Of a stretch of DNA of 64,000 nt, positions 39,693-52,749 are shown one piece after another. The stretch spans positions 28,396,001 through 28,460,000 of the forward strand of contig JANJGN010000016.1 in assembly GCA_026770705.1 (NCBI GenBank), given 5' to 3'. Made by a program: the position numbers and the translations under genes. Source of the DNA: Isurus oxyrinchus (Eukaryota). The notes under the pieces are model-generated. The model was not told the DNA's origin, ran no database searches, and saw only the letters and a list, made by a program, of their open reading frames with translations. The stretch's first letter is position 1. The number at the start of each line of letters is the position of its first letter.

Positions 39693-40834
39693 CAGACATC
39701 AAGCCCACCTGCATTGACTTTTGGACTAATCTGCTTTATTGCATTGGCTTATGTATTCACATTTGTTACTTTTCAGTTGCTGAAGGCAAGAAACTGTGGT
39801 GTAGTATATTCCGCACAGAGAGAGAAGTATTGATTTTAATATGATTCAATCTTCTTATCCCTGTACGTTCACTTGTTTTGAATGCAGAAGCTGTTGGGCA
39901 TGCTTCAACAGATCTGTAGGCGCCTTGCAAAAGTCAGACAGTCCAACTTTATTAGATGTTTGCATTTATTAATTTATTTTTATTTACTGAATTTATAGCT
40001 TATTGTGCTACTTTAATATATGTCATCACATTTTTCTTCAAACCCTCTTCTTCCTTTTCCCTCGTCACCTGATTGTTTCACCCTGCAGTATGCCAATTCA
40101 GGAAGGTGGAACAACTGTCTACGGTTTGAACTGAAAATATTGCTTATCCTGTAGTAAGACAGACCTTTAGCTATAGGGCAAGGTACGTGAAAAGTCTTTC
40201 CTTCCCTTCTTTTCCTCTCTCCTTGATCAAAGTGATGAACTGACAAAACTCATCACAATGTTATGGATAGATTAAGCAACTAGGCCCAGTGGGAATGAGA
40301 ATCGGTGACTGTCTGGCTGAACAGCAAGTTCCGTGGGTTTTTGAATCCGAACCTTTTAAAGATTTTATTTCATTAGGGTGTCTACATTATCACAAACTTA
40401 CATGCACTGGAAAACAATTGAAAATAATTTTCTGTTAGATTTACAGGTATCATAGTCTTTTTAAAATGCAGGCATATTTTCAGCTTTTAAAAAAATATGG
40501 AACAAAATCCTCATTTCTGCATTACACTCATTTTGTGTGTTCCTGCACCAGTGGCACTATTTCCATACATGGCCTGGTAGATGTGTTGCTTTGAGCATGG
40601 CTTCCTGACCACTCCTACATTGAAATAAAGGTGACGCCGCACTTATGAATGCTTGGAGCGCATAAGAAGTACCTTTGGTTTTAAAGCACATTCCTTTGTA
40701 GAATTTCAACAGTCAACTATAGACTTAGTTGCAGCTGCACAATGTCTCCTTGCTTGGGGACAATTAATTATAAGTGAATATATTTGATGTACATTTTGTA
40801 TATAACAAAAATGGCGGAATTATTATTGTAAAAT

Positions 40835-40840
40835 AATAAA
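40835..40840 (+). terminator. Probable SZT2 polyadenylation signal (alternative AATAAA at 40624-40629)
   Basis: AATAAA with several upstream TGTA motifs and downstream GT/T-rich sequence, ~1.15 kb after the stop. Confidence 0.55.
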
Positions 40841-42055
40841 GTTCTATTAATCATTTCCTGTGTACACAAAGTGTTTCTCTGTACTATCTAAATGTTTTCT
40901 AGTATGTAGACCAGTGAGTTTTTATTCACTTTCAGTATTCTGTTTTGTTCCTCCATCAATATTTTCATCTCCTCTTCCTCATCTTCGTAGTTTGATATTT
41001 TTGGATGACTCAGGGAAAATGGGCACAATTTGGAATATAATTCTCAAAAAGTCCAGGAAAATCATGTAATTTCATATCTTAAAAACAAAATTTGACTTAT
41101 TCTGTCATCATATACCAAAAATTGTAAAAACATGAAATTGCAAAACACAAATAAAAATCATGGAATCTGATCTAGTAAAATTTGATTGCTCTAGCCATTG
41201 AACAACACCAGCCGTGGTGATGCTTGTAAATGTTGGTAGTTAATCTGGGAAAGTTGTCTGTAATATTTAACTTCTCATTCTATCAAAGCTAAAGCTGCAA
41301 AATAAGACACCAAATCTATCAGGTTTCTGCAGCTGTTTAATTCCCTTTCCTCTCATTCTCGTCATTGGAACATTACTTGTGTTATGACTAAAGAAACAGA
41401 ATGAAGCATTAATATAAAGTGAACAACACATCACAGCCTGCAAACTAATGCACTGAGTTAAAAGCAGTACTGGAACATAATGTGATTTTTTGAGTATCTT
41501 CTGTAATTCCTCACTTGGTGAGGCAATTACTGCAGGGGGATAGGTGAGGTACACCAACTCCTACATCTCCTTACATCTGGTTCAAGAACAGGATTGCAGA
41601 GGAGTGATACTAGTTTATCTACCCCTCTTTGATACTGGTGCATATTTGCAGGGTTACCTTCAATGAAGATAAAAGACAACTTGTAAAAGACATTGTGAAA
41701 AATTTGCCTGCATTTGTAACCATTCTTGATGAGTTTTTTTTTGTAGTGTTGTGTTGAGGGATTTGTCTGCAGAAATTAACAACGGTTTTTGTCTATAGAT
41801 GCAGGAAACCAGTTTCCTCCCAGGAGAACGTTTACGCAGGATGCATACCCTATTCATTTTAATGCAAAGCTTACCTCAGTTAAGAAAGAGAACTGCTCCA
41901 AATATCTTTCTGCCTAAGCATCAGGAAGAAGCTTTTAATAACTCAACATCAAAACAATTTCTGCAGAGGTATGCTTCGACACTGGTCAATGGTATGATAG
42001 GATTGATGGCTATTTTCCATTTCTTTTTTGTTTTAATTAAGTCAACATTCTAGTC

Positions 42056-42293
42056 TAAAATAAAACAAAATATTGTGGATGCTGGAAATCTGAAGTAAAA
42101 ACAAAATGCTGGAAAAACTCAGCAGGTCTGGCAGCACATGTGGAGAGAGAAACAGAGTTCACGTTTCCAGTCCAATTTGACTCTGCTTCATTCTGAAGAA
42201 CAGTCATATTGGACTTGGAAAAGTTAACTCTGTCTCTCTCTTGACAGATGCTGCCAGATCTGCTGAATTTTTCCAGCAGTTTGTTTTTATTTC
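42056..42293. mobile_element. ORF-less palindromic mini-element made of two Penelope-like termini
   Basis: ctggaaaaactcagcaggtctggcagca...tgctgccagatctgctgaatttttccag arms match the PLE ends at 5176-5310 and 7430-7534. CTGAAGA hammerhead core at 42193-42199. Candidate TSD ATTCTAGT at 42047-42054 and 42297-42304. Confidence 0.8.
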
Positions 42294-42609
42294 TATATTC
42301 TAGTTGTCTGGCTGGAACTCTACAAACCCATTTGGTTACGTAATCAGTGAGATTGAATGTTATCAACTAATGATGAATTGCAATCCAGCGCCATTAAATG
42401 AAGCAGTCAAATGAAATATATCTCGAGCTCAGTAGCTAATCCAACCATGTAATACAATGCTTATTGTGTAGTCATTCCAAAAAAAACCCTTTACAAGTAT
42501 TAAGGTCAATATGCAAAGAGTACACAGAGAGCATTTAATGTTATAATCTATAGAAATCAATAACTTTTAGAAGCAAATTCAAACTTCCAGTGAATGGCCA
42601 AAAGGATCA

Positions 42610-43565
42610 TGCAACAAGATCCCAAGTTTTAGACCTTTTTAATGTAACACACAAACTAAAAGCAAGATTGACTAATCACGATTTCAGCAGGCAACTTATT
42701 AAACCGCAGAAAAGATTCCCCATTTCACATTTAAAGTGACTGTAAATCTCTCTCAAGAGAGATTATTCTGTCCCTTAAGTAGACATTTCACTCTCCAGGA
42801 AGCAGTCCAAAGTGATTTTAACCTGCTTTTCTCTTTTCCAGCTGGATAATTTCCAATCCCCAAACTGACTTTCACTGTGTGGGTTACCCTGGAGATCCCT
42901 CCCTCTAGCCAAAGCTAGGCAAATATTACAACTTTGTTTAAACTCTCACGACCTTGGTCTTTTCAATCCTAGCATGAGCTCCCACCCGCATTTTGCATGG
43001 TGAACAATTGAGATTTGCTGCCTCTATCTCTCTGCTCCGTTTCTCTCTTACTCTCAGATTCTTGCAGACTGACCTTGTCTGTGAGCTTCAGTGATAATTT
43101 TAGGAAAACCTGTAACTCAGTCTTACAATGGCTTCCTAAGGACCCTTCCCCTCAAAGTCCATCTCAATGGCAATGTGTATCACATGGTTCTTGTATCCAG
43201 GTAGAAATGCTAATTAGCTATCCTCTAGAACCTCCAACTCTATTCTATCTTGGAAGTAAATAGATTAAAGCATAACCGTTTACAGAACCTGACATTCCTA
43301 ATACCTCCCTGGGGGCTTGGAGACTAACAGTTTCTCCACCATCAGCAAAGCCATTCTGGCCATTGTTTACAGGTGTGAATATGTTTCACTTTCTTCCCAG
43401 TAAACAACCTGGGTCTTCCCATAACCTTTAACAACCAAGCCACCCAGACTTACTGTCAGCAGAATTCAGGCAGGTCACATGAACCCCTTTATTTTTCCAT
43501 TTTAGCCTAAATTAAAGACACAGACCCAAAACATAACAATCTTATAAAACCTCACATCTGTAACA
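42610..43565 (-). mobile_element. Possible solo LTR
   Basis: Ends in TAACA with LTR-like composition. Left boundary and TSD not resolved. Confidence 0.3.
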
Positions 43566-43929
43566 ACTGTTGCAAAACTGAAATGAAATGTAAATAGCCA
43601 ATAGTCATGTTAATAGTCAGGAGAACAAGAATGTGCACCCAATTATACTGTACACAGTACAATCATCATATCACTAAGTGAATCTATGAAACAAAGTTCC
43701 ATTGTGCTAATTAATCTTAATATAAAAATCTTTTATCAACCTTTCTGTTTCTTCCTCACTGAGGCCAAATGTACTGATCCATACTGGCTGACGTAACTGC
43801 CTCAACGATGACCAAGGGACAAATCTGAGACCTTCCTTGTCTAGATAATGATGGGTCTGGTACAAGTCTTTTCCAGAGCATCTATACACAGTTCAAGCTT
43901 TGAGAAGAACAGGCTCTTAATTTTTTAAA

Positions 43930-46650
43930 TATTATTTCATGGGATTTGAATTGCTGCCAAGGCCAGCATTTGCTGCCCATCCCCAGTTGTCCTTGAAATG
44001 TGATAGACTGCAGAAGCTTGCTTGCTATCTGGTGCAGATATACTATAGTGCTGTTAGGGAGGGAGTGCCTGGATCTGAACCCAGCGACTATGAAGGAATG
44101 GTGACATATTTTCAATTCAGGATGCTCTGTAGCTTGTAGGGGAACTTCTAATTGATGGTGTTCTCATATGTCTGCTGCCCTTGCCCTAGGTGGTAGAAGT
44201 TGTGTGTTTGGGATGTGCTGTTGAAGAAAACTTGGCAAATTTTATGAGTGCATCTTGTATGGGGTACACATTGCTGTCACTGATCAGTGGTGGAGAGAGT
44301 GAATGTTTAAGATGGTGGATGGGGTGCCGATTAAGTGGGCATCTTTGTCCTGGATGTTGTCGAGCTTCTTGAGTGTAATTGGAATTGCTCTCATCCAGGC
44401 AAGTGGAAAGTATTCCATCGCACTCTTAACTTGTGCCTTGAAGATGGTGAACAGGGATAGGCTTTGGGAGTCAGGAGGTGAGTTACTCCCACTAGAATTC
44501 CCAGCCTCTGACCTGTTCTTGTTGCCGCAGTATTTATATGGCTGGCCCAGTTAAGTATTAGTTAATGGTAACCCCCAGGTTGTTGACTAGGAGATATTCA
44601 GCAATGGTAATGCCATCGAATGTCAAGGGAAACTGGTCATTGTCTGGCACTGGTGTGGTGCAAATGTTACTTGCTACCTATGAACCCAAGCCTGAATGTT
44701 GTACAGCTCATGTATATGGACACAGACTGCATCAGTGTCTGAGGAGTTACAAATGGCCCTGAACACTATGCAATCATCAGCAAACATCCCACTTCTGACC
44801 TTATGAAAGAGGGAAGCTCATTGATGAAGCAAATGATAAAGATGGGTTGGACCTTGGACACTACCCTGAGAAACTCCTGCAGAGATGCCCTGGGACTGAG
44901 ATGATTGACCTGCAACAACCACAACTATCTCCTTTTGTGTTAGGTATGATCCCAACCAGTAGAGAGTCTTCTCCCTGATTCCCATTGTCAGGAAGTTATT
45001 GGAATTTATTGTAGAGTAATAATGAGGTCTGGGTCTGTGTGTGTGAGAGGCTGAATTGAATTAAAGGCAGCTAGTCTGAAGGTATTGATGTAACAGGAGA
45101 TAAATTAGGTTTGAAATGTAAACATAGGTATAAAGGAAATATTTGCATTTTTAAATAGACCAAACTAGATTGATTTCAAAGGCGGGGTGAAATGTTTCAC
45201 CTAGCCAGGGGAAGTTAAGAAAATGTGAATTTGTTTTTTTTACCAGACTACTGGTAAAATTGGTACTAAGAGAAATTTTTATTATTAGAAAGGTAAAGTC
45301 TGAAGACATAGTGAAACAATAGGAATTTGCATTCAAAGGGGAAAAATATGGAAAAAGGAGAGAAGGCTGAGTGCAAGGGAAGGAATTCTAAGATCTAAAA
45401 CAAGTGTGAAAAAGCCTCCAGCATCTACACCTCAAGCTACAAAGAACTGAAGTTAAGAAAACTCAATTTGAATTAGATTGTTCAGGGTACCATGTTTCTT
45501 TTCCTGGGTCTTTTAAAATCTGTGTGTCTTACTGTTGCCTTAACGAAAGCATAACTGGGAGTTAGATTAACTAGGGGATTTAGAAGTTATCATAGTAGTA
45601 ATTTGTAGATCTATGTGTGCTTAAAATCATTTCTTCTATTAATAAAGGTTTAATTTAGTTTTGTAAGAAACCTATAAGCCTCGATGGTCGTATTACTATT
45701 GAATTCAAGGCATGCATCTCAAAATTTATACAAGTTGCAAAACTGTTGTGGCAGTTGTTTCAAATTTCCCTTTGGGATTTGAGTAGCTCAGCATTTACCA
45801 TCAGCTGTGCCATAACACCATCAACTTCAATGTTTCTAGGGCTCCTTGATGCCACACTTGGTCAAATGCTGCTTTGATGTCAAGGGCAGTCAATCTCATC
45901 TCACCTCCTGGGTTCAGCTTCTTTGTCCATGTTTGGACTAAGACTATAATGAGCTCTGGAGCCAGGTGGAAGCCAAAATGAGCATCAGTGAACAAGTTAT
46001 TGAAGTTTAAGCATCACTTCATAGGACTATTTATAACATCTTCCATTGCTTTCCTAATAATTGAGATCAGACTGATGAGGCAGTAATTGGCTGGGTTGGA
46101 TTTGTCCTGCTTTTTGTGGGCAGGACATGATTGGGCAATTTTAAACTTTGTCCGTTAGATACCCATGTTGCAGCTGTACTGGAGGCACAGCTGGTTCTGC
46201 AGTACTGCAGGAGCTCATCAAGGCTCCTTAGACAGCACCTTCCAAACCAACAACAGCTACCATCTAGGAGGACAAGCACAGCAGACACATGGGAACGCCA
46301 CCACCAGGAAGCTCTCCTCCAAGCCACTCACCATCCTGACATGGAAATATATTGTCGTTCCTTTACTGTTGCTGGGTCAAAATCCTGGAACTCCCTCCCT
46401 AATAGCACTGTGGGTGTACTTACACCACATAGCCTGCATTGGTTCAAGAAGGCAACTCACCACCACCTTCTCAAGGGCAATAAATGCTGGCCTAGCCAGC
46501 AATGCACACATCCCATGAATGAAAATAAATACTGCTGGGACCCATAGCCTTTGCTGTATCCAGTGCCTTCAGCTATTTCTTGATGTCATGTGGAGTGAAT
46601 CAATTTGGCTGTAGAATCTGCGATGTCGGGGAACCCAGGAGTAGGCCAGG
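43930..46650 (-). mobile_element. LINE RT/3' fragment of the same family as 55236-58442, interrupted by a solo LTR and an oppositely oriented 3' fragment
   Basis: Collinear with 55250-56840; includes ALDIKAAFDQVWH (RT). A + strand 3' end of the same family lies at ~46210-46530. Confidence 0.88.
44986..45817 (+). mobile_element. Solo LTR (832 bp)
   Basis: TGTCA...TAACA termini, 4 bp TSD CCAT (44982-44985 and 45818-45821), AATAAA at 45641. The host LINE resumes exactly after it. Confidence 0.88.
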
Positions 46651-47104
46651 ATGAGTCTTAAGAGAAGGCATTGAACACATTGTTTAGCATTCAGAAGATA
46701 ATTCACAACTGAGGCTTCTAATACTAAGGAGAAAAAGGTTTATTTCATGGCTTTGTGATTATTGTTACCATAATTTTCTGTTATCTGATGCAAAGTACAT
46801 ACTTTGTACAGTACAGCTGGGCGCACATTTTTGTTCCTTTGTTTTATTTGCATTGCATGCTTGATCAAAGTCTCAAAGCAAATTAGTTTCTTTAGCAGGC
46901 ATTGTATCATTCTGTCCATTGTAAATGGAAAAATTGACAGCAAAATAGATAGTGTTAAGGTTCATTAAAAAGTGTGGAATGTTAGGCATCTCATTCAATA
47001 TTGTGGGATTTTAATCTTATTCTCTGATCTTAACCTGGTTCTCCTTCTAAACTTATTTTATGATCTTTAGTTTCTAGTGCTTTAAAAAATCACATTTAAA
47101 CCAA

Positions 47105-48082
47105 TGAGTTTCAGGCTTTTGTAGTATTTGGCATTTACCCAACCTAAGGGGGAAATACAGGCAAGCTGGGTGAGAATTAAACTGGTGGGACCAGAATAAA
47201 AATTTCACTTAGGGGCACGGCACAATGATCTCAGCAGAGCGCGTTTTGCATATTTATCAGAAGGCACCGCCATATCCAGTGTCTGGGCAAAAGACATTTT
47301 TGGTTTTTTTCCCTTCCAGGAATACACAAGAAAAGGGTTAAAATGCCAGCTGCAAACCTGATCAGTGTTTTCTAGTTCTGAGGTCTGAGTGTGTGTGGTG
47401 AAGATCACAACAGAGGAACAGCAACTAGACATCCCTGAAGCTTGCAACTTGTAAAAGTCTTCTCTCTCAGGCTGGAGGCAAGTCCACAAAGTCACAGTCA
47501 AAAAGGAAACAGGACAACAACTTCAGCTAACTTGCAGAACCAAGTGTCTCCAAACCAACTGCTCAATTAACAAAGTCAGCTCTACCGGGGAATCACTCAA
47601 CAGCCGAAACATTTCGCCATCTATACCTCACGAACAAGCCAAAGACTGATTCATATATCTTTTTTAACTTTTATTTTTGGACTCAGCTTCTCATTTTTGA
47701 TCTGTGTACGTGTGTTGTGTTTTTATTATTTATTCTCAGATTTTTAGTAACTAATAAACTTACTATTTCTTTGACTCAAGAAAACCTGATTAAATTGGCT
47801 CCTTGTAAAACATAAATACATTTGGACTGGGATAAGGTATCCAGAAGGGAAGGGATCCTTTTTAAAATTAATCTTGTTGTGACCAACCATGGGGGTTGAA
47901 TAAAGAAGGGGGAAGCCAGATCATTCCTCCTCACCCGGGAGCATAACAAAATTGCGGTCCTGTTTGGGAAGTTAACAATTTGGAGTATCTTGTCTGGGAC
48001 CATAGCAAATTGGGGAGGGCGGGGGGGGGGGGGGGGGGGGGGGGCGGTGGGGGGGGGGCTCGCCTAAGGACCGGTTGTGACA
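47105..48082 (+). mobile_element. Solo LTR with tandem PBS-like units at its 3' end
   Basis: TG...TGACA termini, 4 bp TSD CCAA (47101-47104 and 48083-48086), AATAAA at 47753, three TAACA-AATTGG...GGGA units at 47942-48070. Confidence 0.7.
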
Positions 48083-48673
48083 CCAAGCAGGTGTCTTTAC
48101 TGTTGTCTTAGAGGAGTAGATTAAAAGAGATGACATCAGGCAAGTCACCCAATGGATTTTAGCTGCCTACCTGCCCATTTTGCACTGGGAGGATAGATTT
48201 CAAATTGCCCTTAAAGTTCAACTGAATATTCTTGAAAATAGATATTGCAAGACAATTGTTAAGAAATGTGAACAGCAGGAGTGCCATTAAAGACCATCAG
48301 GAACTCTACCAGTCACAGCTACCCAATTATCTAGCTGAAAGTCTTACCATCAATACTGACGCTGTTTCCCATTATCTAACCAATTAATTTAATTTGCAAC
48401 TTCCTCCTGGACCCCCATATGCCTTTTTATCTATGAATCCCTAGTGAGAGACCTGAATAAATAAATAAATCAATGTATTGTACATCTGCATTCTCATTTA
48501 CTTAGCCAGTTGCAACACCAGTGAAATCTGTGAGCTGTAACCCAGTGTTGATAACCATCTTTTATTTCATGCTAGATGTTCAGCATTTTAAAAAAAAAAC
48601 ATAAGATACCACTCACATCTATGTTTTTAAGTTATATCTTGTGTGTTTCCTTGCTCAAAGGTGAGGGTGTTGT

Positions 48674-49125
48674 TACATACGAACATACGAATTAGAAGCA
48701 GGAGTCAGCCATGTGCCCCCTCGAGCCTGCTCCACCATTCAATAAGATCATGGCTGATCTGATTGTAACCTCTCTTCTACCCCCAATAACCTTTCACCCC
48801 GTTGCTTATCAAGAATCTATCTACCTCTGCCTTTAAAATATTCAAAGTCTCTGCTTCCACCACCTTTTGAGGAAGAATGTTGTAAATACTCACTGCTCTC
48901 AGAATAAAACTTTCTCCTCATCACTGTCTTAAATGGGTGACCCCCCTTTTTATAGAGCAGTGGCCCCTAGTAATAGATTCTCCCAAAAGAGGAAACATCC
49001 TCTCCACATCCACCCTGTCAAGACCCCTCAGGATCTTAAAGGTGCCAATCAAATCACCTCTTACTCTTCTAAACTCCACTGGATACAATTACGCCAAGCC
49101 TGTCCAACTTTTCCTCATAAGAGAA
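48674..49125 (-). mobile_element. CR1-type 3' fragment
   Basis: acatacgaacatacgaattag tail; body collinear with 37419-37820. Confidence 0.88.
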
Positions 49126-52100
49126 CATTGTTGATGAGGAATGGTACAACTATCACTCATCATGAGCAGCAGTAAGAACTTCTAAGATCAGGAGTGTGGC
49201 TTTCAGTGGGTTCCCCACTTCCTGATGCTGGCTCCCCCAATCATGCACTTTGAACAAGGGTCCCCTCCAGGACATGCCAGGATTTGCTTGTTGTTCTCCA
49301 TTCATGACGAGACCTCCACCTGCTGCTGGGTTAATACCAGCAGCAATGTAATGAGGCCCTTAAGTGGATAGTAACTGGTCACGTAAAGGGCCTCAATTGG
49401 TGGCAGGGCAGGAGGGCCATCCACGCACCTTGCACCCACGGACTTAATTGGGGGCAGAGGCAGGAAGACGACAGGATTCCCTCCCACCCAATTAAATGCC
49501 CTGCAGTCAAACTTACAATAGGGGTGGGGGGAGGGGGACAAGATTCCATCCTTTAAGATCTCAGTGTTTGTTAGCAATTTTACTGGTGACCACTATTCTT
49601 ATCTCCCTTATCCTTGAGGGAATCATCTTTTATTTGTTACTTCAAATCAAACTTTGCCCTAAATTCAATTGTGATTTCCATGTGTTATTTTCATTATGTG
49701 TGGATTACAATTCGAGCGTCTTTTTTGCATGTTTTCTAATTTTCCTTGTCACCTCCAATGATTTTGACATTTTTCATATTCTTACCTCTATGTACCTGCT
49801 TAGCATTATATTTCACTGATATCCTAATCCTGTTTTATCCTTTTCCTGCCTATCTATCCACCAAAATATTTATTTTTTTTCCTGGCCAACAAGCCCTGGA
49901 GATTTTTATTTCCAAGTATTGCTGCCCAAGTTCTCTTCTGATTGCCTTAAAACCAAAAAAACAGGTATTTGTATTTTATATCCCCTTGCTTCAAACTCAA
50001 CTGTAAAGTTAATATAACTGTCAGTGGTACTCAACTGTTACCAAAAATTCACTCTCTCAGATTCTTTAATAAATGTTAGAGAACAGCCTTATACTCCCCA
50101 AAGTTTTATGTTGAGCGATCCTGACCAGTTTCCTGAATTTATTCTCCCTGTTCAAAAAAAACTTCTCATTCTTGTACTGCTTAATTATTAGATGAGTCAA
50201 ATCTCCCACAATCAGCACTCTTCCTTTCTCTAATGCTTTTTAAAAATTTGAATAATTCCATTGCAATTTCTCATCCTTGCCCTATGATTCCAAAGTATTA
50301 ACTTATTTCCCTTGATATTACATGTTTCCACCCAACTGACAGTCTGCTTCCCCTTATCTGCAGCTGATATGTCCCTCTTGAATAGTGTCAGGTCCTTTTA
50401 GCAACATTACTCTTTCCTAATGTTTTTACCTTCTCATGAATCCCACTGTATAGAGCTCATGTTTGTCTTAAGGCTTTAACTATATTTTTGGTATGCCAAT
50501 TATCTTTGCTTCCTTTCATCTGCAACCTTAAATTATATCTTGTTCATTATTGTAGCATGATCTTGTACAAGGGTTGAAAGGTAAACAGCTGGTTCAAGGA
50601 GGCAGATGGTAGAAAGCAGTGGGATTGGGCATCTAATTTCACCAAACTGTTTCATTAGAAGTATCAATTTTTTACCTGATTCTTCATTTGGATGCATAGC
50701 TACTTGCACATTTTAACGAAGATCCAGTTTTGCAGTACATGGCGCAATGATGATAGGCTTCAGCCCACTACTGTTCTCCTATGCTGGCAGAACAGATGCA
50801 GGCCAGCGGAAGCCATGAAAATGAAGTAGCAAGGCCATTAGGGTGCTTCTAGCTAACATGGCTATAAGAACATTGGGGCAGGCACCTAAAAACAAAGGCA
50901 CCAAAAGAAATTGGCAGTAAACCAATTGTGCCTGGGCTCCCTCTTGCCTTTCCCCTTGGATTGGCAGAATCTGAAAGGGGCCGGTAACCAGGTCAAGAAG
51001 GCTCAGAAAGGTAAATTGTACTTTTTTTCACTCCCAGTGTTGGCTACAGCCACTTGTCAATGTGTGGTCCTTCAACGGGGGAATAGACCAGTCTACTGGG
51101 GGGGCTTGCCCCACTCTTGGGGTTATTGAGTTAATGAGGATGACTTTGAAGTTGAGCTCACAGCAGGCAGACCACACCAGCTAAGCCCTGCTTAATCTGG
51201 GCACAAGCAGGTGGGTGGGGGAAGTTTGGGGTTCTCCTATATATTAGTACTCTCCCACACAGGCACTTTAATATAAATGTACTGATGAGGGTAAATGCAT
51301 AGTACTCTTAGAGTCAGCAGCATTTTTCACAAAGGACTGAATGTTATCAACTCCTGACAGCATTGGAGACCCACAGAGTTATGTGTCTTGTGAACTGTTG
51401 TTGAATTAGACACTTCCTGTGCTCAGCTGCCAGTGGTGCAGATTTAGTTTTGTGTATCTGTGTGCCTGACAGTTCCCTGTCGATTCCTATACTTCCTCTT
51501 TGTGAGTTTCACTGATTTTTTTTCACACTGAACCATTGTGAAATTGACTTAATAAGGATGTTTCTCTTTTGTTTTTCCTGTTATCTCCACTGACATTCCT
51601 GCATCAGAGTGTAGCACTGTGTTAAATATAAAACCACAATGATGTGTAGTTCCAGCAGCAATGTCATGATCAGATCAAACAGATCAGCAACAAGGTAAAA
51701 GTCAGATTGAGGTTGGATCCACCTGAGATTTATTTTTTCAAAATTGTCCTTGCTTGGTTAGTTAATCTGCTCTATATGGGTTTGCACAGCATTGCTGTGT
51801 TTTTTTATGAACTGTCACTTACTGAACAATTGTGGGCTGGCACAGCAGCGTTTAGTACTTAGATTGTACCATCTCCCCAGCTGAAAAGGGATTTGTGACA
51901 ATGGGGTATCTGGAGATCTAGATTATCAGAATGAGTTTTGTTAAACTTATTCAGTTTCCTTTCATCAAAAGATGGGATATTATTTTTAGAACATTTTTTT
52001 TTCTGTTTTTGAGGCCCTGTCGCCATTCAGCACCCCCTCAAGCAACAAGTATTTGCAGAGTAAGCTCCATGCACACGGCCTCACCAACATGTTTTAACCC

Positions 52101-52749
52101 TAACGTAAAAGGAGTAACTTACGCTATATCAGGGTAGCATTTCCATTTCTCGTAGCAGCCAGCTTGGCTGGGTAAAGTTAATGATTGTTAGACAATGGCC
52201 AAATGTGCTTCAATCTTTTCAACTGGCAAACAACAACTTGATTTAAGTTCTGCTCCACAGAGTTAAAACAATGGTTTGATGACCCACTAAACCAACAACA
52301 TACGTAGTCATCAAAACACCCTCTACCATAAACTTAATGCTCCCCTCAATATTGGTGCCACCTTAGGTATGATGAGCACCCACTGCTATCAACAATTAGA
52401 ACACCAACTTATATTTTTTATATACAATATTCCAACATGCACAAAAAAGGGATGCTAAACCAAAGAATTAGGTATTGTGAGAGGTGATCAAGTCCTCTCA
52501 TTGTTTATTTTTAAATGTGACAATCCCTCGATTCATTGGATAATAAGTTATCAGGAGCAGTGTTATGGTCCCTAAATTGAGATAGGAAATCATCCTGGTT
52601 ATAACTTGATATGTAGGTAGGGCAGGCAAAGATGGTGCAAAACAAAGAGAAAATACTTTAAGTAATTCCATTCACTTAACAGGAATATTGCCTCATCAGA
52701 CAAATGACTAAAACTTGGACTAGCCTGTCATTGTGTTTATTTTATAATG

